This document shows, piece by piece, positions 47,161 to 61,321 of a stretch of DNA of 64,000 nt (position 1 is its first letter; every line of letters starts with the position of its first letter). Where the stretch lies: contig NC_043003.1 in NCBI RefSeq assembly GCF_006345805.1, positions 12,648,001-12,712,000 of the forward strand, written 5' to 3'. The translations under genes were made by a program, and so were the position numbers. The notes under the pieces were generated by a model. That model saw nothing but the letters and a program-made list of their open reading frames with translations, ran no database searches and was not told the origin of the DNA. This DNA comes from Octopus sinensis. Its lineage: Eukaryota.

Positions 47161-47175
47161 GTATCTAAATAGAGA

Positions 47176-47216
<41 letters not shown>

Positions 47217-47939
47217 TATATAGACATACAGACACATATACGCGCACACACACATCTATATATGTACGGGTGTATTTCAAAAAATCGCAAAAAAACCACG
47301 GAAGTGGTCACTGTCGGAATGCTTTCGCTCACAGGTCTCCTGGTCAGTTAGAATTGACCGATGGGTAAACAAGAACGACGTTGCGACAACGGCGATGCGG
47401 GCGACGGTAGCGTTAACGATGGCTCTTATCTGTTAATAGCTTAGACTAATAGTATTTATTTTAGATTACTGATGTCGGTAGGTCCAATTCTACAACACCT
47501 CCACTACCACCACCACCGTCATCACTGCCGAAGCCGGCGCCGCTGCTACCACCTCCACTACCACCACCACCACCACCGCCGCCGCCACCAGATCAAACAA
47601 TAGCGATATAAATCTTGATAAATCAATTTCTTAATTAGACATGAAGTTCCCAGCCATTATCTATCATTCTCTTCGCTCTCGCTCGGTCGTTTATTTGCCT
47701 CGCTCTTGTTGTCTCGGTTTTAATGAGTCAGACACCTCTAGCATCCCCACCACCACCACCACCACAACCACCACAACCACCACAACCACCAGAAAAATAA
47801 CAACAGCAGCAACAGTTACAGCAACGACGAAGAATCCTCTGTGCAGTCGCTCGACCTATTAAAAATGGCAAACTTGAAATCCCTACCGTCTTTGAAAAGG
47901 GAAAGAAGTCCATGATAAACTATGTAGTTTCTATCACAT

Positions 47940-48590
47940 ATATATATGTGATCTTTCTTTCTTGGTTCGGCCGTCGTCCGTGCAACATTTATATTCCTCC
48001 CTGTACCTGTGTAATCTTGTATCCCTGCCGTAAGGCTTTATTTCCACACACGCCAGTTTAATTCAATTCGTCCTTAGTCGAAAGACACCGGTTGTTATGT
48101 CCTGTTATTTGTATTTGTGTAACATTCTCCGTTTTTTTTTCGTCCTTGTTTTTGTATACATTCGCTGCTTTCTTCCAAGGAATCTAATGCTCTTAGCTTA
48201 GTTTTTCCTTGGGGCTGGCCAGATTTGAGCTATTTCGAGTATAACCAGCCGAAATTGCAATGATAATCTGGAAATCGACTGAGGAAAGAAAACTCTGAAT
48301 AACCCGTCCTTGTTTTCTTTGTACCGTCTATCTGGATGTTTAGTAGTCCCTTTTTTGTATCACCTGGATGTTTTGCGTTCTTGTCCCATTTTGTATTATA
48401 TATATATATGTAGTTGAAATTTACAGAAAAACGATGGCAGGTGTATAAACAACAAGCAGGTGTATTAGTTTGACACTTGGGAAGGTGAGAAAGTCTTTTA
48501 CGTTTCGAGCCTACGCTCTTCAACAGAAAGGAACACGAGGAAATAAACAGAGAGAAAATAAAAAAAAAACTTATGGAGTTAGCGGTCAAT
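47940..48590. mobile_element. Two Penelope-like end fragments meeting at a (TA)n tract near 48400
   Basis: 48410-48590 (minus strand) carries the CTGTTGA variant hammerhead at 48495-48530. 47940-48395 is bounded by TA runs. Confidence 0.55.
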
Positions 48591-49499
48591 CATGAAAAAT
48601 GCATTAAAACGTACACGTAGAACAGACACCTGAACCCTAATATTTCATCGGTTATCGACCGAAAAATACTAGTACATAGTTTCATGCCTTTAATGTGGCT
48701 CAAAGAACAGTCTACAGAATTTTAGGGGCAGGGATGCATGCTCTCATTCGAATGTTGAACATTGCTATTGAGAGAAACGGTGACTACGTTGAGAAGTAGT
48801 GATGTAATCCACAGAGGACCGGCTTCATTTTGATGTATGATACATGTTCCTGTGTTGGTAATTATACCTATCCTAAACAAAATGGCATACTTTTTGACTC
48901 ACTCCTCGTATTAATTTCATAATTTATCCTTGATTTATTTTTAAACCATAACACAATAAATCCCCTAATAGCCAACTCTAACTCCCACTCATAATTAATT
49001 TGACATTCAACTAGCTCTCTCGACTACCTACATACCCATAACCCCCATTGCTTAAGAATAACTCTACAGCCACTGATCTAAGGCAGAACGGACACAATCA
49101 GTCACTACTAGATTTCTTCCTCAATAACTTTAGACTTTAAGACTACCACAGACACCTACTACTCTCTCTAAATTCCTTTCATTTTGCTCTATTTTTTTTA
49201 CCTTATCTTCCTCTACCTCCTCACCATCTCCCTTATCTTCTCCGCTACCCCGTACACAATTCTTAGACACCATACACCTATACACCTTACTTTATCCTAG
49301 AGCCAATCCTAAAATCCCCTCCCCTTCACTCTAATCTACCCCTCTTTCTATTTATTTTCTTTTCTTTCCTTTTACCACTTAATAACCACCACTGCTACTA
49401 TTCTGGTGTTGAACGTTGATATGTTCGCGTCCGTTGATATGTTCGCGTCTCTTTTCTCTGGATGTCTACTGTATCAGGATTTTAACCCACCTGGATCTA

Positions 49500-49804
49500 C
49501 GCAGGATTGCACCGCAGGACTCATGCTCTGGTTTCTATGACGTCGGAAAGTTAAACTATGAACTTTAATGCTTCTTTTTTCTTCTTTCTTTCCATCTCCT
49601 TATTCATTTACCTTCTTCCTCTATGTCGTCATCTCATTAATATATACCATTCTCATTTTTCCTATCTTTCCCTATTTGTCTTTTATGACGGAATATCCCA
49701 TACTCGAGGATATCCCAGAAACAGCTGTAAGACTTTGAATTTTTTCCAATAATAATATTGTACACGACTTGAGATGTTTGCCTTGCCTTACTGTTTGATG
49801 TCCT

Positions 49805-49874
<70 letters not shown>

Positions 49875-50040
49875 AATCCAAACGGGAAACAAAAAACAAC
49901 AACAATGGAACAATTACAGTATTATTATTAATAGGCGCTCAGGAAATGGAAGCAGGGAGGTATGACGTTTCGAGCGGAGCTCTTCGTCGGAAACATAAAG
50001 AAGGAAGAGAGAGGAAAGAAAGATCCCAGAGCGGGCAACA
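49500..50040. mobile_element. Two Penelope-like ends converging on (TA)n at about 49807-49870
   Basis: Degenerate hammerheads at 49678-49733 (+; stem I gtct/agac, stem III ACAGCTGT) and about 49960-49995 (-; CCGACGA A GAG..CTC GAAACGTC). Confidence 0.5.
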
Positions 50041-51231
50041 GGGAAAGAGAAAAAAGACGACTGGTGTTTACGAGTTGCACATGGTGAAAGGCGGTGTTTA
50101 CGATAACAGAGCAAAGTGGGTTTTTAAAGGCAAAAGAGTGGAGACAAGGTTGGTAACGCAACAGATGTGTGTGTATGTGTGAGTGTGTGCGTGTGCGTGG
50201 TGTGTTATGTGTGTGTGTGAGGCGAGATGAAAAAACAAAAAATATATTGGTGTGTTAGGGTGTGCGTCTGTGTGTAGGCGTGTGAGGTAGGGCAGAGATA
50301 GTGGTCAGCTTAGCAGACAAGGTCAGTAGTAAGAAAAAGAAGGAAGAGGAAGGGAGGGAGGGAAGGGGTGGGGGCGTATGTAGCGTGCCAGCGTGTGTTG
50401 AGTAGTAGTGTGTGTGTGTGTCCAGTGTCGTGGTGGTATTAATGGCGGCGAGTAGATTGAATGTGTGTAAGAGTAATGTATATATTTAAGCAATGTGTGT
50501 GTATAGTGTGCGCGCGTGTACCCTGACGAAAAGGGGGGGGTTAAGAAAAAGGATTTCCAGCTGAGGGGAAGATGGAGAGTGGGCCCGCGGAGACGGGCGT
50601 GGGAAAACCCAACGACACGCGACGGTCCCAGGAACGGGCGGGAGGTCTCGTCGGGTCCAAGAGCGAGGTGCATGCGGCGCGTATGCGTGCGCGAACGGCG
50701 CAAGCGCGTGTGTGCGCGCGCTGCGAGTATGTAGCGCGTAAGTATGTATGTGTGGGGATGTGTGAGTGTAGTGTGTGTGTGTGTAATGTATGTGTGGTGT
50801 GTATGTGTGTTGTGTGTAGGATGTATGTATGGTGTATGGGTGATGTAGCGTGATTGTGTGTATGGATGTTGTACGTGGCGTGTGTGTGTGTGGATGCGTG
50901 TAGGTGTTGCGCGTGTGTGCATGCATGCATGCATGTGCGTATGTGTGTGTGTGTGTGCATGTGCGGGGTTATAATGTATGTGCGTATATGTGTGTGTATA
51001 TATATTATATATATTCTTTTATTATTTCATTTGTTTCAGTCATTGACTGCGTCCATGCGAGCACTGCCCTTAGGCGGCCCGAGACACTTGCCCAAGGTGC
51101 CCACGCAGTGGGACTGCAACCGGTAGCATGTGGTTGGTAAGCAAGCTTCTTACCACACAGCCACTCCTGCGGCCTATATATATATATAATATATATATAT
51201 ATATATTATATATATATAGATATATATATAG

Positions 51232-51259
<28 letters not shown>

Positions 51260-51262
<3 letters not shown>

Positions 51263-51456
51263 GGTCCAGGGTTGAGTAGGGGTTAACCACAGTAAATAAG
51301 GTACTCCAATACATAGCCAGAGTAGTAAATTAATTTATTTTATAGAAGGAGCTTCTACAGGACTAGAACTGTGTCATCAAATGAAATCATCAGGAAGCTT
51401 CCTGATGATTTCATTTGAATGAAACAGTTATAGTCCCGTAGAAGCTCCTTCTATAA

Positions 51457-51458
<2 letters not shown>
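51260..51458. mobile_element. Short fold-back element between (TA)n tracts
   Basis: Arms about 51338-51397 and 51398-51458 centred on AAGCTT. CTGATGA...GAAAC present but no stem I. Confidence 0.6.
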
Positions 51459-51502
<44 letters not shown>

Positions 51503-51533
51503 ATATAATATATATATATTATATATATATACG

Positions 51534-51566
<33 letters not shown>

Positions 51567-52129
51567 TAATATATATATATATATAAATAATAATAATAAT
51601 ATATATAATATATATATAATACGTAAGTCGTCTAAAAGTCATAAGCCAAGAAAAGATGCAATCGTATATCTGTAAATAGAACGGATATATTATCTGAAGT
51701 GTACAATATTATATATCCCTCACGGCTGATCTTACCAATTGGTTCTGCGCTAGGGTGGACATATAATACTGTACGCTTCAGATTACCCATCATCCTCATG
51801 TTTGGTCGAAAGGCCATATTTATTCCGTCTTCGTCTGTCGTTTCAAATTATAGTTGTTTACTTTCGTACGTACCCCCTGTATAGTCTTGTTTGCTCGAGG
51901 CATAATTCTACGCAAAATTTGCGAGTGCCGCCGATATACGAAGTTCTCAGTCTTATCGTTAAAGGCATGAAACCAAGTATTAGTATTCTTTGGTCGATAA
52001 CTGATGAAGAACCATGGTCCTTCCGTGTCTGTCCTACATGTACGTTTACATGTAATATTTAATGCATTTTTCTTTCATTAAGTAACTGAATGCCACGCAT
52101 CCCGACTTTTGTTAACAATACATTTATAT

Positions 52130-52495
52130 ATATATATATGATCCTGTCTCCTCTCATCACCCACGAACTTCTACGGATTGTACACCACCCACCAACTTCC
52201 ACTGGACTTTCTACACTTCAGCTGCACCCCACCTGTCCATGGATTACACTGGACTCCTCTGTTGATGAAAAATCGCTCCAATACACCAGGACGTCTGAAG
52301 CTTTTGAACTTTTCGTAACTTTTTTTATACTTTCTCTCCTTGTTTCTGTCTGTGTTCCTTTCTGTGTAAGAGCGTAGGCTCGAAACGTTAAAGACTTTTT
52401 CACTTCCCGAGCGTTATACTAATACATCTGTTTGTTGTCTACACCACCTGTCTTCGTCTTTTGTTGTTGTTTTTTTTTGTGAATTTTCCCTATAT
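52130..52495 (+). mobile_element. Penelope-like 3' end
   Basis: Same family as 26790-27170 and 48410-48590. Motif at 52358-52393. Flanked by TA runs. Confidence 0.6.
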
Positions 52496-52509
52496 ATATT
52501 ACTATTACT

Positions 52510-52906
52510 ATTTTACTTGTTTCAGTTATTTGACTGCGGCCATGCTGGAGCACCACCTTAAGTCGAGCAAATCGACCCCAGGACTTATTCATTGTAAGCC
52601 TAGTACTTATTCTATCGGACTCCTTTTACCGAACCGCTAGGTTACGGGGACGTAAACACACCGACATCGGTTGTCAAGCGATGTTGGGGGGACAAACACA
52701 GACACACAACATATACACACACATAATATATTATATAACATATACGACAGGCTTCTTTAAGTTTCCGTCTACCAAATCACTACGAGGCTTTGGTCGGCCC
52801 GAGGCTATAGTAGAAGACACTTGCCCAAGGTGCCACGCAGTGGGACTGAACCCGGAACCCTGTGGTTGGTAAGCAAGCTACTTACCACACAGCCATTGCT
52901 GCGCCT
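52510..52906 (-). mobile_element. SINE family A
   Basis: Full reversed copy. Confidence 0.9.
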
Positions 52907-52921
52907 ATATATATATACATA

Positions 52922-53530
<609 letters not shown>

Positions 53531-54284
53531 CCTTTCAATGTTTTTGCAACATGAACTGAGAGAGCTACTTCTGTAAAGAGGCTTCACCACCACAACCAAT
53601 GCCAACACCATCACCGCCGCTGCTGCCACCGCTATCGCTACTGGCAATATTGCAACCGTTGTTCACTGCCATCGCTTCCACCGTTTCCGCCTGTCATCGT
53701 TGTCAGCACCTATCATACTGCTATCAAAAAGAACGAAAAAAACAACCTCCTCCATATCTCCTCCATAACTCTTATCTCCATATTCAAGGTTACGAAGCCA
53801 TCGTGGCAGTAACCTTGTTATGTTGATGAGGTTTGTCTGTCTGACCTTTTCGCTGTTCGGTTTCCCGCCACTGCACGAGTCTCAATCAATTTATTAACGA
53901 ACAAACATGTCGTCAGTGATTCAGTTGTGAGATTTCTGCAATGATGGATCTCTAGACGGGAGGAGAAAGAGAGAGAAGACAAAATGGTGGGGCGGAGATT
54001 ATTCGGGACGGGGGAAAAAAGCAGAAGATAAGGAGGGGAGAAATAAAGAAAGAAAAGAAAATGAGAAGCAGAAAGACAGAGACATCGTTGTAGAAGTGAG
54101 AAAAGGGGGGAAAAGAAAAGATTTAAAAGATTTAATGAACTGAAAGAAGTTAAAATATGGAAATCAATAATGGAGGAAATAAAACGGAAAAGGAATAACA
54201 AAAAAAAAAAAAAGGAAGCATAATAGGAAGATAAACGTAAATTGATAACAAAGAAAAGCAATACACACATGCATATATATGCAT

Positions 54285-54348
<64 letters not shown>

Positions 54349-54674
54349 TGTTTTATCAAAGCCGATAAACTCCTCCAACTCATTCAAAGTTTCACGTAAA
54401 ACTGATCATATTTTAGCGTTTAGTGATTTTGAGTTTGGTACTATTTAAGAAGAGTGGTCCCGGTGCGCGAACTCGTGCATCGGCGCTAGATAGTCGTGAC
54501 TAGTCGATCCTACAACGACTACCTAGCGCGTGTGCTCGTATGCAAATGCTCATACAAATGTTCGTGCAAATATATAACAAATGTTCATATATAACAAAAA
54601 TGTTCATACAGATTCGGTTGAAAGTTATTAGAACGTAAAAAGACGTTTTAAGAGAATGATGGGGGTACCAAAAA

Positions 54675-55010
54675 CAGTGCGTAACTGGTACTTAATTTAT
54701 TGACCCGAAAGGATGAAAGGCAAAGTCGACCTCGTCGGAATTTGAACTCAGAACGTCAAGACAGACAAAATACCTATTTCTTTACTACCCACAAGGGGCT
54801 AAACACAGAGGGGACAAACAAGGACAGACAAACGGATTAAGTCGATTATATCGACCCCAGTGCGTAACTGGTACTTAATTTATCGACTCCGAAAGGATGA
54901 AAGGCAAAGTCGACCTCGGCGAAATTTGAACTCACAAGGTAACGGCAGACGAAATACGGCTACGCATTTCGCCCGGTGTGCTAACGTTTCTGCCAGTTCG
55001 CCGCCTTTAT
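54675..55010 (-). mobile_element. SINE family B, tandem partial copies
   Basis: Reversed family B blocks. Confidence 0.85.
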
Positions 55011-55060
55011 TAATACATCCATTCATTACTTTTCGTAATGTCGATTTTAAAAATTTCTTA

Positions 55061-55579
55061 TCTATATATATAAAACTGTAGTTGTGTGAGTGTCTGTCCC
55101 CTTCGATTTAGATTCCTAACTACTCCCACATTTTGCGGTGTGCAGTTAGTTAACCAAATTCGGGTATCTTATAGTCGTAATTCATATCGAGCCCGTCTGG
55201 CTATTAGCGCGCGTCTACGATGAGTCTACGATTTTAAAAATAATTTAACATCATTTTTATTCCATTTTAATGCATAATTTTTCGTGTGTCGATGGCGGCG
55301 GAGTTGGCGTCACGCTCAAACACCTGCACCTGTGTTGCTTTTCCCTCTTTCCCTCCCTCGTGAAGCTGTGGGGAGGGAGGTAGTGTAAGGAAATCACGTC
55401 GTAAAGCGTTGTCAAGGAGACCAGCGTTCTTTTAGAACAACGACTTCATGGCTTGAAGACACCAAAACAGAAATGGTTAAGAAAGCCCGAATTGGCATCT
55501 ATAAGGGAAGTAACTCTCTAAAAATGCTTATATAGTTATTTCCCTTACAAACCCGAGCAACGCCGGGCGATACTGCTAG
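55061..55579 (+). mobile_element. Non-autonomous Helitron, family 1 (519 bp)
   Basis: A^TCTATATATATAAAACTG ... acaaacccgagcaacgccgggcgatactgCTAG^T. Reverse complement of 52922-53493. Confidence 0.85.
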
Positions 55580-57034
55580 TTACAGATAAAAGAATACGAA
55601 GGGAGGCAATCTTTAACTCTGAAACCTTTCTGTACTTGTCTTAATATTACTTGTCTTAATGTTGTCTTGATATTTCTAAGCCTTCACCAAATTAGCTTAA
55701 TTTTGTTTCCCATTTACTCAAACATACGCTTTGCAATAATCTTACTTCTATTCATTGCACGTTATTCTACCTTCTGGGCGAATTGTATTATCCGGAAATA
55801 AGGAAGGGAATCGTATCATAGCCCTATTTATAATCCCAATCAATGCCATTATCGGATTTCCAATTCACTTCCTGCAATCCGGGGAATATTAATTTCTTTT
55901 TCAGCAATTCGTTCGTAATAATTCTTCTCTTCGTCCTGCTTTTTTTTCTGTCGTGGCTGGAGATTTTATTGCTATATTTTGAAAAGGCATTGATGTTTGT
56001 AAAACACACTTTTGATACAATATCTGCCAACGAGGAAGCTTCAGCTTAATCGCTTGTCTCGCTAGAAACAGCAGCCGAATCTCTTTTAAATCATACCCTG
56101 TAGTCTTTTTAAAAAGGATTGGGAGATATTGAAGTAGTCTTACGTAAAGTTTGTCAGTAAAACGATTAAGTGGTCGTGGTTGGAGCAACTTTGATTTTAA
56201 GTGTATTCAATCAGAAGTGACAAATGATTAAATAACAATGATTATTGATAGGATAAAATGACAGAATCGATAGATCGATAGATAAAATGCGTTACGCAAT
56301 TTAGTTCAGGAGCTTTATTTTCCTAATTCAGATCCTTGCGGGACCGATAACATGAATTTCTTTATAAATACTTGAGGGTCGTTATATTCCTTCCCAAAAT
56401 ATGTGAACTTGTACTTAGGTTGACGAATGCTGTAGACCAGTCACGCAGACTTTGGGCCGCCTCCGGGAAAATCAAAGCACTCGGCCCTGTAGTATCTATT
56501 AAGTGGTCGTGGTTGGAGCAACTTTGATCATAGGTGTATTCAATCAGAAACCACAGCATACACAAATCAGAATTGGACCCCAAGGTCCATGAGGCCCCTG
56601 GGCAAGTGCCAGGACTTCTAGTAGACTTCTAGTTAGATGATCGTGCTGTGTCGTTTCAGTGTTTTTTTGGTTTTTTTAAGTCATTTTGCTTCGTTGAAGA
56701 CGAAAATCTTTTACAGATATAAATTGTTAATGCCGGTTCAAGAAGAGAACCATCGTTTCCGATATTGTGGACTGCTACGTTCATCTTTTGGATATATTGT
56801 TATTATGTTGCGAAATGTCTTTAGGCGACGAGCTGGCTGACTCGTTAGTACACCGGACAAAATATTTAGCGGCATTTCGTCTGTCTTTACGTTCTGAGTT
56901 CAAATTCCACCCAAGTCGACTTTGTCTTTCATCAAGTACCAATTGACCACTGGCGTCGATGTAATCGATTAGTCTCCTCTCCCAAAATACAGTTGAAAGA
57001 ATTAGTTTATGTGTAGTAGTTTATATATAGCAAA

Positions 57035-57198
57035 TAGGCGTAGGAGTGGCTGTGTGGTAAGTAGCTTGCTTACCAGCCATATGGTTCCGGGTTCAGTACC
57101 ATTGCGTGGCACCTTGGGCAAGTGTCTTCTACTATAGCCTCGGGCCGATCAAAACCTTGTGAGTGGATTTGGTAGACGGAAACTGAAAGAAGCCTGTC

Positions 57199-57238
<40 letters not shown>

Positions 57239-57460
57239 GTGTGTGTATATGTTTGTGTGTCTGTCCCCCCCCCCCCCACCCAAAAAATCGCTTGACAACC
57301 GATGCTGGTGTGTTTACGTTCCCGTCACTTAGCGGTTCGGCAAGAGAGTCCGAGAGAATAAGTACTAGGCTTACAAAGAATAAGTCCTGGGGTCGATTTG
57401 CTCGACTAAAGGTGGTGCTCCAGCATGGCCACAGTCACATGACTGAAACAAGTAAAAGAG
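57035..57460 (+). mobile_element. SINE family A
   Basis: Full copy. Confidence 0.9.
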
Positions 57461-58522
57461 TAGAAAGAATTACCTGTAGTAGAAAAAAAAATTAGTTTAT
57501 AATGTCTTGTATGCGGCGAAAGTCCGTGACCCAGTGGTTAGTGTGCTGCACTCACGGTTCCAAGATCATGGTTTCAATATATGACCGGTGTATTGTGTTA
57601 TGTTCTTCGGTAAAACAGTTTATTTCACGTTGCTCCGGTCCACTCAGCTGCAAATGTGTGACGGAGTGGCATCCGGTTCAAAGGGAATATTATGATATTG
57701 CTCACTTATACCGCCTTTATGTGTCCTAGGACTCAAGACAGTACCTGCTTTTTCTGTTAGTGTGTGCGACGGTGAAAACATTTGAGACAGGACGGCGACG
57801 TAATTGTTCCTTTCTTGGTCCGCTACCGAGTTGATGTAAGCTCGACAAAGCGGAAATACCGGTCAATATAAAATAATGATAATAATAATGAAATTATTGT
57901 ATACAGTGCTCAGGTGCACCACAACTTGTCAAAGCACCACAACTTGTCAAAGTATAAAAATCTTCACTCGGGAACAAAAAAAAACCCCAGCTTGGTGGGT
58001 GTTAACAAGTATGTAGAAAACGAATATGGAAAAAAATGCGCGCTGACGACCCTGGGGGTGGGGAAGGGACTTTCAGAAAATTAACAAGATCCGATTTTTC
58101 CGTCATAACTTCCGGTAAGATGGATATATATTGAATTTTTTTTACGGAATCCCACGTTTTTGGTTATGGAGGATCCGATTCTGAAGGTCTTTATATTGAC
58201 CGAAGTACCCCCATCGACTGAAAACTGGATTTATCAGAACCAAATTGATATTCAGTAAACATTGATACAGCTTCTCAAGAGACATCGTGTCTGACTGTGG
58301 TGTAAAGTCGTGGTTTGTTCTCTGAAACACTCAATGAGATACCTTCTAACGCAAAAGCCATGCACTTCACTATACCTCGCAAGGTACAGCAAAGATACAG
58401 AAATGTCTATTCAGCTTTCATCATCATCAACACCTAAGTATTACTGTGTCGAGTCCTGAGACATGTAGGGCGAGGTATCCAGTTTTGTATAAATGACAGG
58501 AATCACGATATTTCTCTCGTTT

Positions 58523-59130
58523 AAGGCAGCGAGCTGGCAGAAACGTTAGCACGCCGGGCGAAATGCGTAGCCGTATTTCGTCTGCCGTTACGTTCTGAGT
58601 TCAAATTCCGCCGAGGTCGACTTTGCCTTTCATCCTTTCGGGGTCGATAAATTAAGTACCAGTTATGTGATGGCGGGAAATGCTTATCAACCAACCTAAG
58701 AAAAGTCTTACGCATGTCTGGACGTTTAGGGAGAAGTGGGGAGCGAACCATAAGGTCTTGCGGTGGCGTTTCCTTCTATGGTTGCTCGACCCTCATGTAT
58801 ATACTATATGGTCCCTGAACCCGCTGGCCGCGAGCGCCTCATTGTAAGCGGGAGCCGCTGCGACGAAAATATCTTTATTTGAATATAGTGCGCCTAGAAG
58901 GTGGCGAGCTGGCAGAAACGTTAGCACGCCGGGCAAAATGTGTAGTCGTATTTCGTCTGCCGCTACGTTCTGAGTTCAAATTCCGCCGCGGTCGACTTTG
59001 CCTTTTATCCTTTCGGGGTCGATAAATTAAGTACCAGTTACGCACTGGGGTCGATATAATCGTCTTAATCCGTTTGTCTGTCCTTGTTTGTCCTCTCTGT
59101 GTTTAGCCCCTTGTGGGTAGTAAAAAATAT
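58523..59130 (+). mobile_element. Two SINE family B copies
   Basis: About 58523-58665 (truncated) and 58900-59130. Confidence 0.85.
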
Positions 59131-59692
59131 TATATTTCTCTCGTTTACAGCTGAATGGACTGAGGCAAAAATGAAATGAAGAGTTTTGATCAAGAATACG
59201 ACGCACCGTCCGGTCCGGGAATCGAAACTAAGATTCTGCGATCGCGAGTGCAACATCCTAACCACGAGGCTGAACAAAGAGCTAACTGAAAGTGAAATAC
59301 ATTCGATACGGATCTCAACTATACGCTAATGTCTTCCAGAGAAAAAAGCTGAGCGCCATGACTAACATCAAAATCCCTGCCATCAAAAATATTATTTTTC
59401 CTTGTAAACAAATGACATCATTATGCTCGCGTCGAATTAACAATCTATTATCGTTATTGTAAATCGTCTTATAGAAAGAAACAAGCGTTTAGCCAAAAAA
59501 GGATGAGACTCCCTGATTGCAATCTATACTGTTAACGTCGAAAAGACAGAAAGAACCTCAGTGTTTGGGCAGGAATAATGCACGGTTCAGATAACGTTTC
59601 TGCTGGGATTATAGACTTTCTGAATCTTTGGTTAAATCTAAAAATCCATTGATTAAATCTGAGTTGGTGCGTGTTTGTCGTTTTGCATGCGA

Positions 59693-59730
<38 letters not shown>

Positions 59731-59987
59731 TAATGTTGGTCTTTGTGTGTGTGTGTGTGTGTGTCTATGTTGGTCTTTGTGTGTGTGTGTGTGTGTTGTG
59801 TGTCTATGTTGGTCTTTGTGTGTGTGTGTGTGTGTCTATGTTGGTCTTTGTGTGTGTGTGTGTGTGTGTGTGTCTATGTTGGTCTTTGTGTGTGTATATG
59901 TTATCCAGTGTAGTATATGCGTGCTTGTGTATGTTGGTCAGTGTGCGTATGTGAGTATAAGCGTGTCTGCAGGTGTGCGAATGTTTT

Positions 59988-60024
<37 letters not shown>

Positions 60025-60470
60025 GCGTACAGATTGTATCAATCTAAACTGGTATTAAACTGTAATTTGATATGTAGGTGTGTATGTGTGTGTATGCGTA
60101 TGTACGTGTGTGTATGTGTGTACGTGTGTGTACGCGTGTATGTGTGTACAGTGTTGTGTGTGTGTGTGTATGTTTGTATACGTGCTAGTGTATGTGTGTG
60201 TGTGTAAGTGTGTGTGTGAGTGTGAGTGTGTGTGTGTGTGTGTGTATGTTTTGTAATTACACATGTATGCCGGCTTATATTACTTAAAGTCCTCCACATG
60301 TGTCAGCGCACATGCGCACTGCTCTTTACATTTTCCAGTATTTGGTATTCGTGATGGTAATAGTAGCAGTAGTAGAAGTAGTGGTGTTGGCAGTAGAAGT
60401 AGTGGTGGTGGTGGTGCTAGTGTTGGTGGTGGCAATAGTAGTAGAAGGTAGTTGTTGTAGTTGCAATAGT

Positions 60471-60522
<52 letters not shown>

Positions 60523-61077
60523 TTGGTGGTGTTGTTATTGCTATTGTCTCTTAGTTCCGGATCTTACACAGTTCCAGATATCCCACATGAGTTGAAAAAT
60601 TGTTATTAAATGATATTACCTATGCAATTAGTAGACAAAACCTTCCTCTATGTGTGGTTATAATCTAAAACAAAAACCAAAAAACAACAACAAGGTATGG
60701 AAATGGGAGATAATTCCCCTGAAGAAGGAGTTCGAGGATCTACACGGGACTCAGGCTACTAATTCAAAGGAATTTTTTACTCAGCCCTTTGCATACTCTC
60801 TCCCCTCAGATTAAGGAAGAAAGAAAACAACAGCTGACTCTCTTTAAAGGGAAAACTTGGGACCAAGAAATAACCTGTTCAGCCTTATCTGGAGTATATA
60901 CAACGGGATACGGCACTTTGGTCTAAAACACCTTGGTGTAAATCACTTTAGTCTAAGACACTTTGGTCTGAAAGAATTTTGGTCTAAAGACACTTTCGTC
61001 TAAGTAATTTCATCTGAAGAGAAAAAGAATTTTCAGAGTATAGTTAATTAGGTCTTTTGCACTTTTTTATATTCTAT

Positions 61078-61281
61078 ACTCTTTTACTCTTTTACTTGTT
61101 TCGGTCAATTTGACTGCGGCCATGCTGGAGCACCACCTTTAGTCGAGCAAATCAATCCCAGGACTTATTCTCTGTAAGCCAAGGACTTATTCATTCTATC
61201 GGTCTTTTTTGTCGAACAGCATCGGTTGTCAAGCGATGTTGGGAGACACACACACAAACATATACACACACATGCATACAT

Positions 61282-61321
<40 letters not shown>

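Noticed and set aside
48205-48270. GGCTGG/CCAGCC stem followed by GAA-ATTGCAAT
   Set aside because: No CTGANGA core, cleavage position is G, and there is no stem I. At most a dead relic.
55824-56188. Overlapping 68-95 aa ORFs in unique-looking sequence
   Set aside because: No recognisable domain, and no acceptor compatible with the best frame.
60906-61015. Regularly spaced short repeats suggesting a CRISPR array (also 59730-59890)
   Set aside because: Eukaryotic DNA, degenerate units with no unique spacers. Explained by repetitive TIRs and a (TG)n-based minisatellite.
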